Virus record (IMG/VR): IMGVR_UViG_3300043468_001158
Source of the DNA: a virus
Taxonomy: Duplodnaviria; Caudoviricetes
DNA: 64,000 bases
Strand: one strand, 5' to 3'
How positions within the stretch are numbered: position 1 is the first letter of the stretch; every line of letters starts with the position of its first letter. Shown piece by piece: positions 58,977 to 64,000 of the stretch. The position numbers were made by a program, and so were the translations under genes. The notes beneath the pieces were generated by a model. It was given only the letters and a program-made list of their open reading frames with translations. It ran no database searches and was not told the DNA's origin.

Positions 58977-60518
58977 ATGAGTGAAAGTTTCTTTCAAATC
59001 TATCGCGGTCTAGAAATTGACGAGACCGTCCAATATCTTCAAGGTGCAGGCGCACCTGGTGCCGGTGATTCTGGTAATGCATTAGTTGGTTCAGTTTATA
59101 CTGACAACTTGAATGGCGACATTTGGACCAAAATCACAGCTGGTGTTGGTGTTCAACATTGGTCAAAAATGGCTTCAGAAACTTGGGTCAATAACAACAT
59201 CTCTGGCACTATTTCATGGAGAGAGCCTGCAGTTGTAATTGATACAACTTCTACTACTTTACCTTCTGGTCCTGCTTCTGCAGTTGTTGATGGTGTAACA
59301 CTTGTTGATGGCGATCGTGTTCTTTTCTCTGGATTATCTGGCGTTCCTAACGTCTATATCTATGATACTACAACCGAGTCATTTACCCAAGACAACAATT
59401 CATTGTCTCAAGGTGATACTATCTACATCGATAGTGGTACAAACGGCGGTACTCGTTGGACCTACAATGGTACAGCTTGGGTTCGTTTTGATAGTGCTTC
59501 ACTTGACGAACTTGCTTACATCCGTGCTTATGATGGCAAACCTGCAGCTGGTAACTTAGCTCCTGTTTATACTTCTACTACTATTGTAACACAAGGTTCT
59601 AACCTTACTGTTGCAATCAGTGCATTAGATGCTGAACTTGGTGCTGGTGTTTCAACTGGTAACTTCATTTCTGCATCAGACAGTTTGAACACAAATGTTC
59701 AATCTCTTGATACTGAATTAGGTGCTAATGTTACTAATGGTAACTACATCTTAGCTGCTAACAAAATGAATGGCAACATTCAAGCTCTTGATACAGCTTT
59801 TGGCGCTCCAACCGGAACTGGTAACTGGATTTCTAATGCACAACATGTCAATGGCAACTTACTTGCTCTTGATACTGAAATCGGTGCTAACGTTTCTAAT
59901 GGTAATCACATTCTTGCGATCAATACCATCAATGAAAACATCCAAGAACTTGATACTAGCTTAGGTGCTACAGTTACTTCTGGAAACTACATCATCAACA
60001 GCAATAGCACAAACACTAATGTTCAAGCATTAGATACTGCTCTTGGTGTGAATGTAACTTCTGGTAACTTCATCTTATCAACCAACAAAATCAACAACAA
60101 CATTCAAGCTCTTGATACCGAAATTGGTGCTCAAGTTACTTCAGGTACTTACATCCTGAATACTAACAGCATCAACCAAAACGTTCAAGCGATTGATGTA
60201 GCTCTTACTGAAATCAGCAAAGAAAGCACTGTTACTAACGTAACTACTTCAACTGCTGTTGATACTGTAGCTGCTACTGTTGCTAAATGGATTGTCAAAG
60301 TAACTGATGCTGCTAACTCTGCAAACGTTACTGCTTACGAAGTATTTGGTGCAAGCAATGGTCTTACTGCTGACTTTACCAAATTTGCTACATTGAAACT
60401 TGGTTCAACTATTCCAGGTCTTTCAATTGCAGTTGCTCTTTCAGGTGCTAACTTACAACTTTCAGTTGCTTCTACTGCAGCTGTCAATGTAACTGCTCGT
60501 AGAGTGTCAAGCATCTAA
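58977..60518 (+). CDS. Structural protein with 27-aa tandem repeats
   Basis: About 7-8 repeats of '(A/S)LDTE(L/I)GAxVxxGNxI...NxQ'; GGAG RBS. Confidence 0.8.
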   Translation: MSESFFQIYRGLEIDETVQYLQGAGAPGAGDSGNALVGSVYTDNLNGDIWTKITAGVGVQHWSKMASETWVNNNISGTISWREPAVVIDTTSTTLPSGPASAVVDGVTLVDGDRVLFSGLSGVPNVYIYDTTTESFTQDNNSLSQGDTIYIDSGTNGGTRWTYNGTAWVRFDSASLDELAYIRAYDGKPAAGNLAPVYTSTTIVTQGSNLTVAISALDAELGAGVSTGNFISASDSLNTNVQSLDTELGANVTNGNYILAANKMNGNIQALDTAFGAPTGTGNWISNAQHVNGNLLALDTEIGANVSNGNHILAINTINENIQELDTSLGATVTSGNYIINSNSTNTNVQALDTALGVNVTSGNFILSTNKINNNIQALDTEIGAQVTSGTYILNTNSINQNVQAIDVALTEISKESTVTNVTTSTAVDTVAATVAKWIVKVTDAANSANVTAYEVFGASNGLTADFTKFATLKLGSTIPGLSIAVALSGANLQLSVASTAAVNVTARRVSSI

Positions 60519-60540
60519 TTTCTTAGTAGTAGTACAATAA

Positions 60541-60584
60541 ACTAGAAGGAGGAGCATCAGAAATGGTGTATCCTCCTTCTTAGT
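60541..60584 (+). terminator. Hairpin after ORF 58977-60518
   Basis: agaaggagga ... tcctccttct stem. Confidence 0.6.
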
Positions 60585-60598
60585 ATTGGTGTTATGAC

Positions 60599-60607
60599 CA
60601 TAAATAG
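60599..60607 (+). promoter_or_regulatory. Late-promoter variant CATAAATAG
   Basis: 35 nt upstream of ATG 60642. Confidence 0.6.
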
Positions 60608-60641
60608 CTTATGGCATATCATACACAATCAACAGGCAAGC

Positions 60642-63600
60642 ATGACTATCATTGACAATTCATTCACTGTTTCTGACCTAAGCATAAATGACCAATTGCT
60701 TATTTTCGGTGGAGACCAAGACCCGTCAGTTACACAGGAAGAAGCACCAAAAGGTTCGTTGTTCTTACGTACTACAGGTCATATCTTTCTAAAGACTGGT
60801 CCTAATAACGCTGATTGGACAACACTTTCAATCATTGATAGACTATCAGCAATTAGTTCAGCCGATAGTACTCCAGGATATCTTCAAGATAAGATAGTTC
60901 CAGCATCTAACTTGCAAGTAGCATTGCTAAATGCAAGTGGTAATGAACAACTTCAATTAGACTTAGCAAATACTGGTATCGCAGCAGGTTCTTATACTCG
61001 CTTAGTAATTGATAGCAAAGGACGTGCTACTTCAGGAACTAATCCTACTACACTTGCTGGATATGGAATAGTTGATGCTCAACCACTGAATGCTAATCTA
61101 ACATCAATTAGTGGAAGTTCAACCTTAGGCTTTCTAACAAGAACTGCTCCAGGAACTATTGTTACTCGTTCTCTTACTACTTCAACCTTAGACATTGTCA
61201 ATCCATCAGGAACTGCTGGTAATGCTTCAATTGATTTGGCTGCAATAGGTCTCCCAGTTTCGAATAGCTTTGTCAAAATCACAACTGACAACTTTGGCCG
61301 TGTATCAGCTACGTCATCAGTTACTTCTTCTGACATCATAACCTCTTTAGGCTATACTCCAGTGAATAATGCTGGTGATAGCATGACTGGCTTATTGACA
61401 CTTTCAGGTGACCCAACAAATCCACTTCATGCTACGACTAAGCAATATGTTGATAATGCAATCACTGGTCTTGACTTCAAGACCTCAGTAAAAGCTGCGA
61501 CGACTGCTAACATCACTTTATCAGGTGCTCAAACAATTGACGGAATTGCTCTTGTAGCTGGGGATAGAGTGCTTGTCAAAAATCAGACAACTACTTCGCA
61601 AAATGGCATCTATGTCGTTGCAACTGGAGCTTGGTCTCGTGCAACTGATGCGGACAATTCTGGTAATGGTGCTGAAGTAACAACAGGAATGTATTGCTAT
61701 GTTGATCAAGGTTCAACTCAAGCTTCTTCTGGTTGGACACTAACTACAACTGGAACTATCACTCTTGGAACAACAGGTCTTGTCTTTACTCAGTTCAATG
61801 GTTTAGGTCAAATCACGGCAGGAAATGGTCTTTCTAAGACAGGCAATACTCTGAACGTTGGAACCGGTTCAAGCACTCGCATTGTTGTTGGAACTGATAC
61901 TATCGACCTTGCAACGTCAGGTGTAACTGCCGGAACGTACAATACGATTACTGTTGATGCTTATGGACGTGCAACAGTTGGAGCAAATACTGCATATCTA
62001 ACAGGTAATCAATCAATCAGTTTGACAGGTGATGCAACAGGTTCAGGAACGACTTCAATCCCAGTGACACTTGCAAATGTGGTAACTGCAGGAACATCTC
62101 CAAAAGTGACTTACAATGCTAAGGGTTTAGTAACTGGTGGAACTTCGCTGATTGCATCTGACATTCCATCACTTGATTGGTCTAAGATTACGACTGGCAA
62201 ACCAACAACTCTTGCTGGTTATGGTATCACGGATGCACAACCACTTAGCCCAAGACTAACAAGCTTAGCGACAAATGCAGTGTTTGGACTTATTGTCAAT
62301 CTTCCAGGAAACGTAGTAGATTCCCGCATACTTCATTCCAACACTCTTGACGTTGTATTTGCTGATGGCATTAGTGGAAACCCAACAGTTGATTTGCCTT
62401 TCTTTGGAACTGCAGGAACTTACAACAACGTAACAGTTGATGTGTATGGCCGTGTATCTTCTGGTTCTAATGTTGCATATCTTACTGGAAATCAAAGTAT
62501 CACTATCACTGGTGATGGTAATGGTTCAGGAACTACTTCAATTCCATTCACTCTTAATACTGTCAATGGAAATGTTGGTTCTTTCGGAAGCTCAACAGCT
62601 GTTCCTCAATTGACAGTGAATGCTAAAGGTTTGGTGACTGCGGTTACTAATACTTCGATTGCTTTCCCAGTGACTTCAGTTGCAGGTATGACTGGAACAG
62701 TAACACTAACATCATCTAATGTTGGACTTGGAAGTGTTCAAAATGCTCTTCAAGTTATCAATGCTGGTGGTGCTACATCTCTTGCATCTGGAACTTTAGT
62801 ATCAAGACCGTCAGCAGGAACAGCAAATCGTTTCTATGTGACGACTGATACTGCTGGACTTTATCGTGACAATGGTTCATCTTGGGACCTAATACTTCCA
62901 GCTCTTTCAGGTGATGTCAATTCATCTGCAGGCAATACAACATTGACACTTGCGACGATTGGAACTCCAGTTTCGAATAGCTTTGTCAAAATCACAACCG
63001 ATACTAAAGGTCGTGTATCTGCCACAAGCTCGGTGACTTCTTCTGACATTACGACAGCTTTAGGCTATACTCCAGTCAATAAAGCTGGTGATAGTATGAC
63101 TGGTGCTATTACTTTATCAGGTGACCCAACATTACCGCTTCATGCGGCAACTAAGCAGTATGTTGATAATGTAGTCACAGGACTTGATTTCAAGAACTCT
63201 GTACGAATAGCTTCAACTGGAAACCTAACTCTTTCAGGACTTCAAACGATTGATGGCATAGTCTCAGTTATTGGTGACCGCATCTTAGTGAAAGACCAAA
63301 CGACAGCTTCTCAAAATGGCATCTATGTGATTGCTTCTGGTGCTTGGACACGTTCTACAGATGCAGATAGCAATGCAGAAGTGACATCAGGTCTTTACAC
63401 ATACGTTGAACAAGGAACTAACAATGCTGGGTCTGGTTGGGTGCTATCTACATCTAATCCTATCACGGTTGGAACTACATCTCTTACATTTACTCAGTTC
63501 AATGGACTTGCTCAATTGATTGCAGGTAATGGCCTAACTAAGACTGGGAATACTCTTAACGTAAATGCAGCAGGTGGAAGTCCTATTCAAGTCAATGCCG

Positions 63601-64000
63601 ATAATATTGACCTCATAAACTCTGGTATTGTTGCTGGAACTTACAATAACATTACGGTTGATGCGAGAGGATTAGCTTGGGCTGGTTCTAATGTAGCTTA
63701 TTTGACAAGCAATCAAAACATCACTTTATCGGGTGATGTATCTGGTTCTGGAACGACTGCTATTACGGCAACTCTTGCAAACTCTGGTGTTGTGGCTGGT
63801 ACTTACAATGGTATCACTGTCAATGCTAAGGGTATTGTGACTAATGCGGTCAATCAAAACTACTTGACTGCTAATCAAACGATTACGATTACAGGTGATG
63901 CAACTGGTTCAGGAACTACTTCCATTCCATTGACATTGAATGTCGTGCCAATTATCAAAGGTGGTACTGGTCAAACGACTGCTCTTGCCGGTTTCAATGC
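60642..64000 (+). CDS. Large fibre-like structural protein, 3'-truncated (missing from ORF track)
   Basis: Frame read by hand from ATG 60642 (MTIIDNSFTV...) to the window end without a stop; TTLAGYGI(T/V)DAQPL repeats and a duplicated 'RVLVKNQT...NGIYV' module. Confidence 0.85.
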   Translation, partial: MTIIDNSFTVSDLSINDQLLIFGGDQDPSVTQEEAPKGSLFLRTTGHIFLKTGPNNADWTTLSIIDRLSAISSADSTPGYLQDKIVPASNLQVALLNASGNEQLQLDLANTGIAAGSYTRLVIDSKGRATSGTNPTTLAGYGIVDAQPLNANLTSISGSSTLGFLTRTAPGTIVTRSLTTSTLDIVNPSGTAGNASIDLAAIGLPVSNSFVKITTDNFGRVSATSSVTSSDIITSLGYTPVNNAGDSMTGLLTLSGDPTNPLHATTKQYVDNAITGLDFKTSVKAATTANITLSGAQTIDGIALVAGDRVLVKNQTTTSQNGIYVVATGAWSRATDADNSGNGAEVTTGMYCYVDQGSTQASSGWTLTTTGTITLGTTGLVFTQFNGLGQITAGNGLSKTGNTLNVGTGSSTRIVVGTDTIDLATSGVTAGTYNTITVDAYGRATVGANTAYLTGNQSISLTGDATGSGTTSIPVTLANVVTAGTSPKVTYNAKGLVTGGTSLIASDIPSLDWSKITTGKPTTLAGYGITDAQPLSPRLTSLATNAVFGLIVNLPGNVVDSRILHSNTLDVVFADGISGNPTVDLPFFGTAGTYNNVTVDVYGRVSSGSNVAYLTGNQSITITGDGNGSGTTSIPFTLNTVNGNVGSFGSSTAVPQLTVNAKGLVTAVTNTSIAFPVTSVAGMTGTVTLTSSNVGLGSVQNALQVINAGGATSLASGTLVSRPSAGTANRFYVTTDTAGLYRDNGSSWDLILPALSGDVNSSAGNTTLTLATIGTPVSNSFVKITTDTKGRVSATSSVTSSDITTALGYTPVNKAGDSMTGAITLSGDPTLPLHAATKQYVDNVVTGLDFKNSVRIASTGNLTLSGLQTIDGIVSVIGDRILVKDQTTASQNGIYVIASGAWTRSTDADSNAEVTSGLYTYVEQGTNNAGSGWVLSTSNPITVGTTSLTFTQFNGLAQLIAGNGLTKTGNTLNVNAAGGSPIQVNADNIDLINSGIVAGTYNNITVDARGLAWAGSNVAYLTSNQNITLSGDVSGSGTTAITATLANSGVVAGTYNGITVNAKGIVTNAVNQNYLTANQTITITGDATGSGTTSIPLTLNVVPIIKGGTGQTTALAGFN

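Noticed and set aside
1-64000. Stop-codon reassignment, seen in some jumbo phages
   Set aside because: Known proteins (Ro60, ThyA, topoisomerase, DHFR) are full length in the standard code and coding density is high

Overview
64 kb of an AT-rich, T4-like (myovirus-type) jumbo phage genome, standard genetic code. Host is probably proteobacterial (sigma70-type early promoters and IHF-consensus sites; inference). Layout: (i) 1-6433, + strand: 5'-truncated Zn-metalloprotease/PKD gene, an IHF-rich intergenic element, then an operon with a ~300-nt structured non-coding RNA directly upstream of a Ro60/Rsr (TROVE-vWA) gene, a coupled hypothetical and DHFR. (ii) 6423-30764, - strand: a ~24 kb block of tail-fibre/adhesin/chaperone genes built from shared modules. 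(iii) 31224-55243: nucleotide metabolism, replication and accessory genes (T4 gp42-like dCMP hydroxymethylase, DinG-like helicase, dNMP kinase, phosphoesterase, an NTase-GNAT-ligase-like-GNAT cassette, HNH, two-subunit topoisomerase II, two J-domain proteins, MazG-like pyrophosphatase, ThyA). (iv) 55375-64000: late/virion genes ending in a large fibre-like ORF that runs off the window. Best candidates for undescribed biology: the Ro60-associated Y-like ncRNA (3224-3526), the capsid-targeting-signal-bearing NTase/GNAT/ligase cassette (38718-42095), and paired IHF-rich elements sharing a 23-bp motif (2124-2146 and 30937-30959). All family assignments come from motif recognition by eye; no database searches were run.
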